Shown here: positions 1 through 14,000 of the stretch, in pieces
Numbering within the stretch: the stretch's first letter is position 1
Layout: every line of letters starts with the position of its first letter
Source: Octopus vulgaris
Lineage: Eukaryota
DNA length: 248,000 nt
Assembly: GCA_951406725.2 (NCBI GenBank)
Contig: OX597819.1
Location: 25,068,001-25,316,000 of the forward strand
Direction of reading: 5' to 3'
Notes under the pieces: generated by a model
What the model was told of the DNA's origin: nothing
The model's input: the letters and a program-made list of their open reading frames with translations, nothing else
Databases searched by the model: none
Made by a program: the position numbers and the translations under genes

Positions 1-852
1 TGACTAAGGTTTGGTGGAAGATTTTAATTCAAAACTTATGAAAATAAAACATTTTACCACAGAGCCAGAGCCGGTTTAGTAACAAAAGGGTTAAATGGAA
101 ACTCTTGGAATAACCTGATGATGCAAACTCTGCTTGACCAAGAAGGGAAAGATCCTAAAAAATTCACTTTATCTGGGAGCCATCCTAAATTCAAAAAGTT
201 ATGTGCTTAAGTCAGTGTTTTCTTGAGGGAAAATTTGTGTGGGAGACCTGGATTTCTCTGCTTGCTAACCCCTTTCAGATACAGCTAGAACTATTGACAG
301 GAAGATTACTCTATCATGCTCAGAAAGGTTTCCACTTTGTAGAATTTCATTTCAGGGGTTCTTTTCACTATGTTGTTAACCAAGACTGTATTCTTACCTC
401 CATTAGTAAAGAGGTTATATGCCTCTGGCCATCAGGTCTGATGAGTCACCTTTTTTTCTAAGAGTAATAATTGAGCTAAAGCCACTGGTAACTTTCTGAC
501 TGACCATAACCAATGACTGCATAAAACGTGTGTGTGTGTATGTATATATATATATCATCATCATCATCATCATTTAGCGTCCGCTTTCCATGCTATCATG
601 GGTTGGACGGTTCAACTGGGGTCTGTGAAGCCAGAAGGCTGCATCAGGCCCAGTCTGATCTGTCAGTGTTTCTACGGCTGGATGCCCTTCCTAACGCCAA
701 CCACTCCTTGAGTGTAGTGGGTGCTTTTTACGTGCCATCCGCACAGGTGCAAGACGGAGCTGGCAAACGGCCATGAACGGATGGTGCTTTTACATGCCAC
801 CGGCACGGGGGCCAGGCGAGGCTGGCAACGGCCACGAATGGATGGTGCTACT

Positions 853-896
<44 letters not shown>

Positions 897-1830
897 GATG
901 TGTGTGTGTGTATTAGTGTGTAAATAAAAGCTTAAGTAGCAAAAATTCTATTCATTATAAAATATTATATCTCTCCCTGCCATAAACTAGCTGTATATCA
1001 TAAACAAAAAACAAGATAAATAAATAATCCTAATAGCCGATGCATATTTATATGTATGCTTGTATTTAGGAAAGTGTGTGTCTATGTATACACTTGTGTG
1101 TAAATATGCATCTGTGTATGCCAGCATCTGTGCATATACACATACATATCTACAATTCTACAGTTCTATGTTGTCAGTCACTTCCTCACAAATATGAAAT
1201 ATTAAAATCTATTATACAAGATGACTGCTCATAGAATAAGCAGAAACAAAATGATACAGCCATAATTATTACCAATGTCATCGTGACTTAAATTTTAAAT
1301 ACCAATGTCATTATGACCTTAGTAATATAATTAATATAATTACCACTGTCATCCGCATCTTAGTATAGTTAATCTACAGTTTCATTCTGGAGTATTGTTA
1401 CTAAATATTGGGATTAAGAATACAATAATAGACCCTATGTAATGGCTATTACTGATCCCTTTTCCTTCCACTCGTATAATATGCACTAATGTTTAGTACA
1501 TCACTTCTTTCTCAAACACTGAGAGAAAGAAACGTTCTGGTAACTTCTCTCTGTTTTTGGCACTGATTTTTTTTTGTAAAGGTTAACTGTTCATATGTGA
1601 TGGGGTGGAGGAGATAAAGGAGAGGTCAAGCTTTTGATGTAAGTTAATAATTAACTAATTTTATGCGACTCTGATTTTAGTCTCTTCCTGACCTCATGCC
1701 GCTGACCTAAGTAGTACCATCTGCTCTGTGTCTTCTTGCTTGTATTGTCCACCTGTTGTGTGAAAAAGAATTACAACTGGTAGACTAAGTTAGCAGACGG
1801 GAAGTTGTTTCTCTCTCTTACATCATACAC

Positions 1831-2510
1831 ATGGGATGCACACACCACACATGCATGCACACACCACACACGCTTGCACACACCACACATGCATGCACAC
1901 ACCACACACACATGCACACACCACACACGCATGCACACACCACACACGCATGCACACACCACACATGCATGCACACACCACACACGCATGCACACACCAC
2001 ACATGCATGCACACACCACACGCATGCACACACCACACATGCATGCACACACCACACACGCATGTACACACCACACACTCATGCACACACCACACATGCA
2101 TGCACACACCACACATGCATGCACACACCACACACACATGCACACACCACACACGCATGCACACACCACACACGCATGCACACACCACACACGCATGCAC
2201 ACACCACACATGCATGCACACACCACACACGCATGCACACACCACACACACATGCACACACCACACATGCATGCACACACCACACACACATGCACACACC
2301 ACACACGCATGCACACACCACACACGCATGTACACACCACACACGCATGCACACACCACACACGCATGCACACACCACACACGCATGCACACACCACACA
2401 CGCATGCACACACCACACACGCATGTACACACCACACACGCATGCACACACCACACACGCATGCACACACCACACACGCATGCACACACCACGCACACAT
2501 GCATGCACAT
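1831..2510. repeat. 19-bp minisatellite (cacacaccacacacgcatg), about 35 copies
   Basis: Direct inspection; explains the spurious six-frame His/Thr/Cys/Val ORFs. Confidence 0.95.
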
Positions 2511-2841
2511 AAACACCCCGAGGCACGTACATATTTTTACTGCTTTCCTGACTGCAACTCTGCTGGGACATCATTCTCAAAATTTTGTATCAATCATATC
2601 TAAACTAGTATTTACTTAGCCTGCTACTCCTTTTATAAATTTCCTTATCATATTGTCCAGTTTAATTGTATAATTTCATTTGGTCAGCCAAAAACAAACT
2701 GGATAAAACTTCAAAATTCAGCAAATGCCTTGTCTATATCGTCAGTCAACCATTTTGGCCAGAGAGTGTACAATGTTCTACAGCAAAATATACATATACA
2801 TGCTGTACAAAAAATATACAATGATGTATGCAATGTTTTGG

Positions 2842-2876
<35 letters not shown>

Positions 2877-5800
2877 GTTTAGTGTTCGCTTTCCATGCTA
2901 GCATGGGTTGGACGGTTCTGCTGGGGTCTGGGAAGCCAGAAGGCTGCACCAGGCCCAGTTTGATCTGGCAATGTTTCTACGGCTGAATGCCCTTCCTAAC
3001 GCCAACCACTCCATGAGTGTAGTGGGTGCTTTTTACGTGCTACCGTCATAGGTGCCAGACGAGTCTGGCAAACGGCCATGATCAGATGGTGCTTTTTATG
3101 TGCCACCGGCACGGGGGCCAGGCTAGGCTGGCGAACGGCCACAAACGGATGGTGCTTTTTACGTGCCACCGGCACTTGGCTGGCAATGGCCAGACTTGTC
3201 TGTTGCATTGGTTACTTGAAATATGTTGAATTACTGGCTTGTGGATTACATTGGTCATCTGAGATATAGATTACAGGTTTTTGATTTCATATGGACGTGA
3301 CTTATTATTGTTGTTGTTGCTTACCTCTTGGCCAGCTTTCATGGATAAAAATCTCTAGATAAAGGATTTCCAGTCTTAACCATTCTATCCTGTTTATGTA
3401 CATAATGTGTCTAGGATTATATTACTCTTTACTCTTTACTCTTTTACTTGTTTCAGTCATTTGACTGCGGCCATGCTGGAGCACCGCCTTTTAGTCGAGC
3501 AAATCAACCCCGGGACTTATTCTTTGTAAGCCCAGTACTTATTCTATCGGTCTCTTTTTGCCGAACCGCTACGCAGTGGGACTGAACCCGCAACCGTGTG
3601 GTTGGTTAGCAAGCTACTTACCACACAGCCACATCCAGCATGTCCATTTTTTTTAATCATTTATTGAAGTTAGTAGGGTGTACTCTGAGGGTGCAATCAT
3701 AGGCATGTACTAGACTGTTTGTTCCACAAAAAAAAAAAAAAAGTTTATAAATGCAATATATTTGTTAGCAACAGGAGAGAATTTTAATGTTTTTCTAATG
3801 GAGGACTCTGCTGGAAATGTCAACATTCCATTCTCACAGCACATGTGTATTCCATTTGCACATTTATTGAACTGAGTTTTGCTGACACAGACCACCAGTA
3901 AGTAGTTCCTGTAGACAGTAATTTTTGTTCAACTTCGAGTTCACCCTGACTGAGTACACTTATTATCGAGGTCATTCTAGCTGTAACCATCACATCTATT
4001 TCGTTTTTGTTTCTTTTCTATTGTGAAGCAAAGTATTTCTGAGACTACATTATTTAATGTGTTTTTTTGTTTTTTTTATAGTAGAGGGAGGTGATCTCGA
4101 GGCCATTTGGTTGCTATTTGTAGTGGGTTCGTTTTGTAATTGCATAGTTTCTGGTTTGATTCTCACTGTGGTGCCCTGTTTCAAAAATGTCTTCTATCAT
4201 ACCCTTGAGTTGAGAAATACCTCATGAGTGAAACGTAGTTGACAGAAACTGTATGGAAGCGAGCTGTATAAGGTATTATACCTTATACGGCGAGCTTAAA
4301 AGGTGGCGAGCTGGCAGAAACGTTAGCACGCCTGGCGAAATGCTTAGCGGAATTTTGTCTGCCGTTACGTTCTGAGTTCAAATTCCGCCGAGGTCAACTT
4401 TGCCTTTCATCCTTTCGGGGACGATTAAATAAGTACCAGTTACGCACTGGGGTCGATATAATCGACTTAATCCGTTTGTCTGTCCTCTCTGTGTTTAGCC
4501 CCTTGTGGGTAGTAAAGAAATAGGTATTTTACCTTATACAGTGTCATTCTGGAGTATTGTTACTAAATATTGGGATTAAGAATACAATAATAAACCCTAT
4601 GTAAGGGCTTTAACTGATCCTTTTACCTTACACTCATACAATATGCACTAATGTTTAGTACATCACTTCTTTCTGAAACACTGAGAGAAAGAAACCGCCT
4701 TATACAGTATAAGGAAACTGTATAAGGTGGTGAGCTGGCAGAAATGTTAGAATGCCGGGTGAAATGCTTAGCAGTATTTCGTCTGCCGCCATGTCCTGAG
4801 TTCAAATTCCGCCGAGGTCAATTTTGCCTTTCATCCTTTCAGGGTCGATAAATTAAGTGCCAGTTACGCACTGGGGTCGATGTAATCGACTTAATCACTT
4901 TGTCTGTCCTTGTTTGTCCCCTCTATGTTTAGCCCTTGTGGGCTATAAAGAAATAAGAAACAGTATGGAAGCCTGTTATATGCAAGTGTATGTGTTTCTG
5001 TGAGTGTGTTTGCATGTAATGGACTTTCCTGTTGTAGATAGCATATGAGAATTCCCTAAATTCTTGATGAACAACCTGTACAGATGATTTGTTTATATTG
5101 ATGAAATGTTTGTACTGTACATTAGCTCCCTGCCTCCCCTAATAGGTTTTCATTGTGTGTACAGGTGCATGATGTGCTTCTGTTGTGGGATGTGACCTGG
5201 AGGCTATTTGGTAGCTATTTGTAGTGGGATAACCAATTGCTTAGGGCACTTGCTTCTGGATTTGCCCTGACTGTAATCCAGTGATTTTTAATCTCTTGAA
5301 CTATATGAGACAATGAAGATTAAGCAAAAATTCCTGAGGCAATTCTAACAAAAATTTAAAATAAAAAAGCAACTTTGTTTTAAGGATAAAAATGAAGAAA
5401 ACTATTATAATTACAATGTGTAGAACATTTATTATGTATATATAAATGTTGAATAGCACTAGCTGCAATGTTTTGTTTCAGAGAAACTTCACAAAGAAAC
5501 AAGTGTATTAAAAATACAGGGCTCACAATGAATGCCAATGGTAGATTGTCAGTGTTCCAACCTCATTTTTGTCTACTCAGTTACAAACACACCTGGATAT
5601 TCTGAGTTAGCTGAAAAATATTTGTTCCAGTATAGAAATTGTCAAACAAAATATTCACTGATTTGTGTGAAAATCAACCAGGTGAGAATTGAATTAAAAT
5701 ATATGCTTTTGAAATAGCACTAGACTAAAAACTGATGTGGATAACATTGTAATGTACATACAAATGTGGAATAGCACTAGCTGTAATATTTTTACCTCAG

Positions 5801-7464
5801 AGAAACTTCTCAAAGAGAATTTGGTATTAAAGATATTGAGGGTTCACTCAGGATAGTATCATCAGATCATCAGACATGGTATTTTAACTTCGTTTTCTCT
5901 CCTTGGAGATGAACATCCCCTGACATTCTAAGCTAAGCCACCAGGTTTCTGGTCTAATCTCTTTGTCCACTTCTTCCTTTTCAGATGAGAAAACAGTGCA
6001 AAATATATCTTCATAGGCATTGTAAAAAGCCTACTGATACGTACATGTGTAAATACATGAATGAATGAGATGTATGTAGTTGACATGAGTGAGCTCACAA
6101 TATTTGTGCCTCTTGTCTAGTACTGTATTCATTTAGCTGTTTCATAGACTTAAAAATCTACCGTAGCCTCAGATTGATCAATGCCTTGCAAGTGGAGTTT
6201 GATAGATAGAAACTGTACAGAAGCCTGCCATGCCTATATTGTGTGTGTGTGTATGTATGTGTGTGTGTGTGTGTGTGCGCGCGTGCATGTGTGTGTTTGT
6301 ATATATTTCAGTGTAAAATGATGTGTCCCTTTTTATCAGTAAGGTAACATAGCTATAGAGATGAATAAAATATGAGATTGAAATAAGTACTGGGGTTGAT
6401 ATGACTGACTAAAACCATTGATGATGGTGCCCCAGGCTGGCCATAGTCCAATGGCTGAAGATAGTAAAGCAATAAAAAAATATATATGCATACATTCTTG
6501 TAAAAAAAAAAATTAAGAAAAATAAGCATTTTTGGATTTTTAAATCAACAATGTTTGAATAACGAACTTGCATTCTGTTATTGATTTATAATTATGCACA
6601 CACACACATGCAAGCATATATATACATCCACCCACACACAGATAGAAAAAGGTTATCTTTCCTGAACTAATCTTTTGTTTGAATATCATTCTCATCTTTG
6701 TACACCTCTTGCTATTTACTCCTACGCTTTTCTTTGTTTGCAACCAGCTGTCACAGACTGCTATTTCGTCCCACAGGAACTCTACCGAATTCTTTGTTAA
6801 CTTACTGAAAGTCTTTACACCCCTTTACCATATGTACCCATTCTTATCTTTGATGGTCTTGTTTTTTTTTATTATATATTTGTACTTCCTTTCTAGCTGT
6901 CTATGATGTATGTAACATGCATAAATGCACAGATGTCATCGCATTTAACTAGATGTATGTATGCACCAGCTTACAAAGACGCAAGGGCATACATATAATA
7001 TTCTTGTATATAACTATGAGTGTATATAAGTGTGTCTGTGTATATGTATGCTACACACGTGCACACTTTCTCTCTCCTACTTGTGCACACACACACACAC
7101 ACACCACCTATATAGTGACTTTGGAATAGTATTGCACAATCTTTATCCTTTGTTTGGTCATGTAACTTCTCCATACTTAAGTTACCTGAAGCAGAAAGAA
7201 ATAAAATAAATTATAATTATAAAAACAAAATTAATTTAAATTTTAACATAGAAAGTGACTTAAGTACAACTGTATACAGATATATGTGTGTGTGTGTTGT
7301 GTGTGTGGTTGAAAAACTGCAACCAACTGCTTTCAGACTTTGTTCCACTGCGCTGCATTTTGGATGAATGTCTTTGACTATATAGCTCTTTGCTAATCTA
7401 TGTGGTTGGGAAAAACTATGCAGACGTTTGTTGTATTATATCTGTCTGTCTGTCGATTCATACA

Positions 7465-7515
<51 letters not shown>

Positions 7516-7771
7516 AAGAGAGAGAGTATGTATGTCTATGTGTATGTTTGTCTTTTGCTGTTTGACAATGGGTACTTGTTTGGCAAAAAGGAACTGATAT
7601 AATAGGTTTGTTTGATTTGGTTGGTTAAAGCCTTCAAGGCAGTACTCAAACATTACCACAGTCCAATGACTTCATCAAATAAATGGATCAGAGAAAGAAA
7701 TAGTACATACATACACGCATGCACACACAATAATGATGATGATAATAATAATAATAATCATAATAATAATA

Positions 7772-8325
7772 TGCCCTGATGTAGTACCAGACAGTGGCTC
7801 TCATGGCTTCTGATTTTAACTGATTGGAAGTGTTATCATTTAAATTGTTTTGTCTTGGTATAAAAGATGGGCTACAGCAAATGTTCTGCTCAGTACTGAT
7901 TTGCTTGTCAGTTGTTTGATCTTAACCAGTTGACACCATGTCCCTTTGTGGCTTACGATATGTGCATCTCTGATCATGAGCAGAAGTAGTGGGGGAGCAT
8001 CGTGACCATGTGTTGAAAGGAATTCTTAGAGGTTTGGATAATTCACCTTTGGAAACATGGGTATTTTGTTCAACATCCTTAAACAACCCTTATTCAGGGA
8101 CCTTTTGAGCAGGATGGGCTACTCGACCAGAAGAAAATTTTAACTGGGCCCCACCTGCAAGGTCATTCACTGTTTATCTTGATATGAGATTACCATGTTC
8201 TGCACATATGGTTGTGATGCATGTGCCTGGTGTACCCTTATCAGATGGGTAGTCATGATGCGTATACTGGGCTTTGTATATTTTACCCCAGTGTCACTTT
8301 GATGGCATGCACTGCTCTCTCACTC
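7772..8325 (+). mobile_element. About 560-bp non-coding element family always embedded in (TAA)n
   Basis: tgccctgatgcagtaccaggcagtggctctc...ctctctcactc. Copies near 8870-9380, 69690-70250(-), 88230-89240(-, nested), 96100-96560, 146790-147305(-), 223780-224217, 224330-224888 and 235236 (5' piece). Confidence 0.85.
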
Positions 8326-9615
8326 AATAATAATAATAATTATTATAATCATCCTTTCTACTATAGATGCAAGGCCTGCAATTTGAGGGGAGGGGGATGG
8401 TTGACCACATTGATTCTAGTACTTGAGTGGTACTTAATTTATCGACCCTGAAAGGATGGAAGGCAAAGTTGACCTCAGTGGAATTACATCACCCTTAGTG
8501 TTCAAGTGGTACTTATTTTATTGACCCTGGAATTTTGAAAGGCAAAACTGATTGTGGCCCTTATTTGATCTCTGAACGTAACGAGTGAGAAGAAATACCA
8601 CTAAGCAATTTTGTCTGGCATTCTGTCTGTTCTACCAGCTCGCTACCTTAATAATGATGATGATAGTAGTAGTAGTAGTAGTTTTTTCTACTACAGGCAC
8701 AAGACCTAAATATTTAGGGGAGGGAAGATAATCAATTACATCAGGCCCAGTACACAACTGGGGGTTGATGAAAAGTAAAGTTGACCTTGGTAGAATTTCA
8801 ACTCAGAATATAAAGACATGCTTATGATTCTGCCAGCTTGCTACCATAATAATAATAACAATAATAATATGATTGGCAGTGTTATCATGTTCATTGTTTT
8901 GTCTTGGTATAAAAGATGGGCTGCAGCAAATATTCTGCTCAATACCACAGATTTGCTTGTCAGTTGTTTGACCTTAACCAGTTGAGCATGTCCCTTAGTG
9001 GCTGACGATATGTGCATCTCTGATCATGAGCAGAAGTAGTGGGGGAGCATCATAGCCATGTGTTGAGAGGGATTCTTTGGGGTTTGAATAATTCACCTCT
9101 GGAAACATGGGTGTTTCGTTCAACATCCTTAAACAACCCTTATTCAGGGACCTTTTGAGCGGGATGGGTTACTCGATCTGAAGAAAATTCTAACTGGGCC
9201 CCACCTGCAAGGTCATGTGCTGTTTATCTTGATATGAGAATACCATTTCGCGCACATAGGGTTGTGATGCATGTGCCTGGTGTACCCTTATCAGACGGGT
9301 AGTCATGATGGGTAAACTGGGCTTCGTATATTTTACCCCAGTGTCATTTTGATGGCATGCACTGCTCACTCACTCAATAATAATAATAATAATAATAATG
9401 GTTTCTGGTTTATGCACAAGGTTAGCAATTGGGAGGTGTGGGGGTTTGAATCGTTGTCCTTAACCCCAGTACTTGACGGATGAGGATGAATGGATGATAA
9501 TAAAATAGACTGGGAAAAAGTGAGACCAAAAGGTCAATGATAAATATTTTATGGTATGCTATTGTATTTTATTGTCTGTTTTTTTTAGCTATTTTATTGT
9601 TTGTTTTTTTTTAGC

Positions 9616-9649
<34 letters not shown>

Positions 9650-10740
9650 GGGTTCATTATTAGTAATATTAGGATATAATGCTTGATCATGTTTTAAAAA
9701 ATTGTTTTAATATTTGTTTAGTTTAAAGTAATGAAGAAGGATAGTGTTGCAGCAGTCTTTTATTTCTCGAGTGGAAATTCAGATATTTTGAAAGTGATTA
9801 GTAGTTTTAATATTGATTTTAAATTTTGGCATGGGGCCAGCAATTTTTGGGGAGGAGTAAGTCAATTACATCGATCCCAGCCCTCAACTGGTACCTATTT
9901 TATTGACCCTGAAAGAACAAAAGGCAAAGTTGACCTCAATAAGGTTTGAACTCAGAACATAGAGAAGTAGAACAAATACTGTTAGTTGTTTTGTTTATAG
10001 CTCTAAAGAATCTGATGAGTGTTCACTTCATCCTTTGAACATTTTTAAGATGACAGAGTGTGATATGAGTTTAATTTGGTTGCTATGTCTAGCAACAAAG
10101 CAGCCACATATATGCTCTCACATTTGTGTGCCATTTACGATTTCCTGTTAAGCAATCATTGTCATTCAGCCTCAGCTGATCCATTGCATGGAAGCATCTG
10201 ACATGATTTTTCAAGAGCAACTCATCAGTTGATAACATCAGCCAATATATCCTATTTCTCTCTGCTCTCTTTTCACATGACAATTAATTGCCTTTGACAA
10301 ATGTATGCAGTGTGTTATGAATACCAAGCGTGTTTGGCTGACTGCAGAGATTTTCTGGGTGTTCTCAATGCATCATAGCTTCAGTACACCATCGTCCTTT
10401 TAATGCATACTTTTCCTTGCTTGCATGAGTCTGACGAAATTTTTGGAGGTAGACTTTCTAAATTGTATGCCCTTCTTATTGCTAACCCATCAATTATTTC
10501 CAAGCAAAGTAATACCTTCTTTTAGCCTGAAGACTGGAAACAAAACAAACAACCACACTTAAGCATGAAGATGCCCTTTCAGAACCATCATGTGATATCT
10601 AGACAAAGGTATATGCAAACACACACACACACACACATATGTAAATCACTTGTATAATGGTGATGTTCATTTTACAGTCATCATATGGTGTCAAGACAGG
10701 GATACACACAGATTCAAACACACACATATACACATGTATA

Positions 10741-10787
<47 letters not shown>

Positions 10788-10981
10788 ATATATATATATA
10801 TATATATACATATATACAGGTGCAGGAGTGGCTGTGTGGTAAGTAGCTTGCTAACCAACCACATTGTTCCGGGTTCAGTCCCACTGCGTGGCACTTTGAG
10901 CAAGTGTCTTCTGCTATAGCCCCGGGCCGACCAATGCCTTGTGAGTGGATTTGGTAGACGGAAACTGAAAGAAGCCTGTCG

Positions 10982-11022
<41 letters not shown>

Positions 11023-14000
11023 CTGTGTTTGTCCCCCCAACATCGTTTGACAACCGATGCTGGTGTGTTTACATCGCTGTTACTTAGCGGTTCAGCAAAA
11101 GAGACCGATAGAATAAGTACTGGGCTTACAAAGAATAAGTCCCGGGGTCGATTTGCTCGACTAAAGGCGGTGCTCCAGCATGGCCGCAGTCAAATGACTG
11201 AAACAAGTAAAAGAAAAGAAAAAAAAATATATGACTGGCTTCTTTCAATTTCTGTCTATGAGATCCACTCACAAGGCTTTGGTTTACCCAGGGTTATAGA
11301 AGAAGGCACTTCCCCAAGGTGCTGTGCAGCAGAACTAAACCCAAGGCCACATGGTCAGGAAGCAAGCTTCTCAACGATACAAAAATATTGATATCGTGAT
11401 TATTTAAAAGTTTTACTTGCGTCTGGCTATTACACAAAAGACAGTAGTAAGTATTTGGATAGTGTTGTAGTCTTTAGATATATTCCTGTGTGTTGCCTGG
11501 ACCTGCAAAGCTCCACTCATAGTGAAACAGGTTTAAGAACTGTATTCCTCTTATGTATTGCTTACATATTTCAGTTATCTCTGATTCCGTTGAGTGTCTG
11601 ATGTCTGTTACAACATGCAGAACATTGTTAAAAATGGTTTGTAATTTGTTGTGCTTTATAACAGAAGATTCGGAGAGAACTGGTTTCATTTGAAATGGTC
11701 ATGATATACCATTAGTTTTTATTTTATTTTATTTCATTTTTTTTTATATTAGCCTCTGAGCTACAGTATTTTTTTTTTTTGTTTCTTATGTCCCTGTTGT
11801 GTAAATAATATCAATGTGTTGTAATGCGATGTTTAGAATTTTAGCCTTTTGTTTGGTTTTATATATTTCCGTTGTAAACGGTTGTTTATTCTAGTGTTGG
11901 CGGTTGTGGTGGTGGTGTGTAGTGGTAGTGGTGGTGTGAATAACAATGTTGATACTTATTCTATTGTTGGGGGTGAAGGGCCTGGTGCTGTGTCTTTGTT
12001 GTTGCTGTTTACTTTACTGATAGTCATTTGAATCTCTGTAATGGTTGTTGTAGTGATGGCAGTATTGATAAGTAGTGTTGATGGTGGTTGTGCTGATGAT
12101 GGTTGTAGTGATGGTGATGATGATGATGATGATGGTGGTGGCGTTTGGTGGTGGGAATGATGATGTTGATGGTGATGATAATGGTGATGATAGTGGTGGT
12201 GGTGGCACTATAGATCACTGTGACAGTGGTACTGATGATGGCTGTGGTTGAGGTGCTAATGATGGTTATGGTAGTGATGATGATGATGATGATGATGATG
12301 ATGGTGATATTGCTACTGCTAGTGGTAGTGATATGCGAATGGTTTTGATAGTGATGTGGGGATGACATTGGTGGTGAAGTAAAAGTGGTGGTGGTGGTGG
12401 TAGTAGTGATATGAGGATGGCGGTGGTGTTGGTCATAATATGAGGGTGGTGGTGGTGGTGGCAATGTAAAGACTGAAGTGGTGGTGATGTAGGGATCATG
12501 GTGGTGGTGGTGGTGGTGGTGGCAATGTAAAGACTGAAGTGGTGGTGATGTAGGGATCATGGTGGTGGTGGTGGTGGTGGTGGTGATATGGATGGTATTG
12601 TTAGTGTTGTTATTAATGATTGTTGGTGTTAAATGGCACCATCAGTTGTGATAGCGTTGTTATTGAGGAAGGGCCGGTTGGGGGTGAGAACGGCAGTAAT
12701 GTCAATAATGCCATTAAATACATCCTGGTGATTGCTGTAAATAACACTACTGCAAAATCAAAATTCTGTAAAAAAAAAAAAAATCTGAGGCCTCGCCTGG
12801 ATCAATTAACTGTGTACACTTAAACCAAATAGTCAGAAGTCCGGAGTGGGTTTTGTTCATTGTAGATATTTACTGAGATAGTTTCAATTGTATTTTATTT
12901 TATTTTATTTATATATTTTCTTTACATTTTTATATAAATCTTGAAATTCGGGTTTTTGCTTTTGTCGGAGAAAAAAAACCACGTAGATAGACAAGCACAG
13001 GTATTTGCTTTTACTAATCCAAATGAAAATGATATGGCATAATGGTAACGAATGATTATGGCAACCTGCCTTAGTTTGCTTTTGTGGTTACATTCCATTG
13101 TTTTATTAAACACTAGCAGTCTCGCCCGGCGTTGCTCGGGTTTGTAAGGGAAATAACTATATAAGCATTTTTAGAGATGTAAAGTATAATAGCCATCTCA
13201 ATATGGCTAACCACAAAGGGGGGGGGGCGTGTTACTGTAGCTTTTTAAGTTCTGAGATTTAATAATACATTTTTAGAGAGTTACTTCCCTTACATAATAG
13301 CAAAAAAAATGCATTAAAAATGGGAAAAAATTATGGTAAATTTTTTTTTAAATTGTGGACTCATCATAGATGCGCGGTAATACCCAGAAGGGTTCGATAT
13401 GAATCACGTCTATAAGATACCCGGTTTTGGTTAAACTGCACCGCAAAATGTGGGAGTAGTTAGGAATCTAAATCGTAGGAGACAGACAGCACACAACCTC
13501 ACTTTTATATATAAAGATATTGTGCTTGTTTATCATCATTGCACACTCACACACACACACTGAGTGTTTAGAGGTTTGCTTCTCAGCCATGTAGTTCTTG
13601 GTTCAATCCCATAGTGTGACACCTTGGGCAAGTAAGTGTCTTCTGCCAAAGTCCTGAGCTGACCAAACCATTTGGTAAAAGAAAACTGAAAGAAGTCTGT
13701 TGAATGTACCCCTGTTTGTGTGTGTGTGTGTGTGTTAGCATCATCTTGTCTTGGTATCATGAGGTGGTTGTAAATGAGTGTTACCATTACACAAGTGTTG
13801 TTGTTCATTTCTAATCTTCAATGAAAACATGTGTGGCCATAGGGAAATATTATTTTGTTTGGAAACCAATACTGATTGCTGATAAGAAGGTCAGCTGATT
13901 GTAAAAATTCTGCCTCAATGAGTTCCATGCAAGCATGGAAAAGTGAATGTTAAAATGATGATGACTACAGCAATAATGATGATGATGACTATGATGGTGC

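Noticed and set aside
1771-2619. Overlapping His/Thr- and Cys/Val-rich ORFs in all six frames
   Set aside because: Artefact of a 19-bp minisatellite lacking stop codons.
10818-10900. tRNA genes suggested by A/B-box motifs
   Set aside because: All belong to SINE heads; no complete cloverleaf was found.
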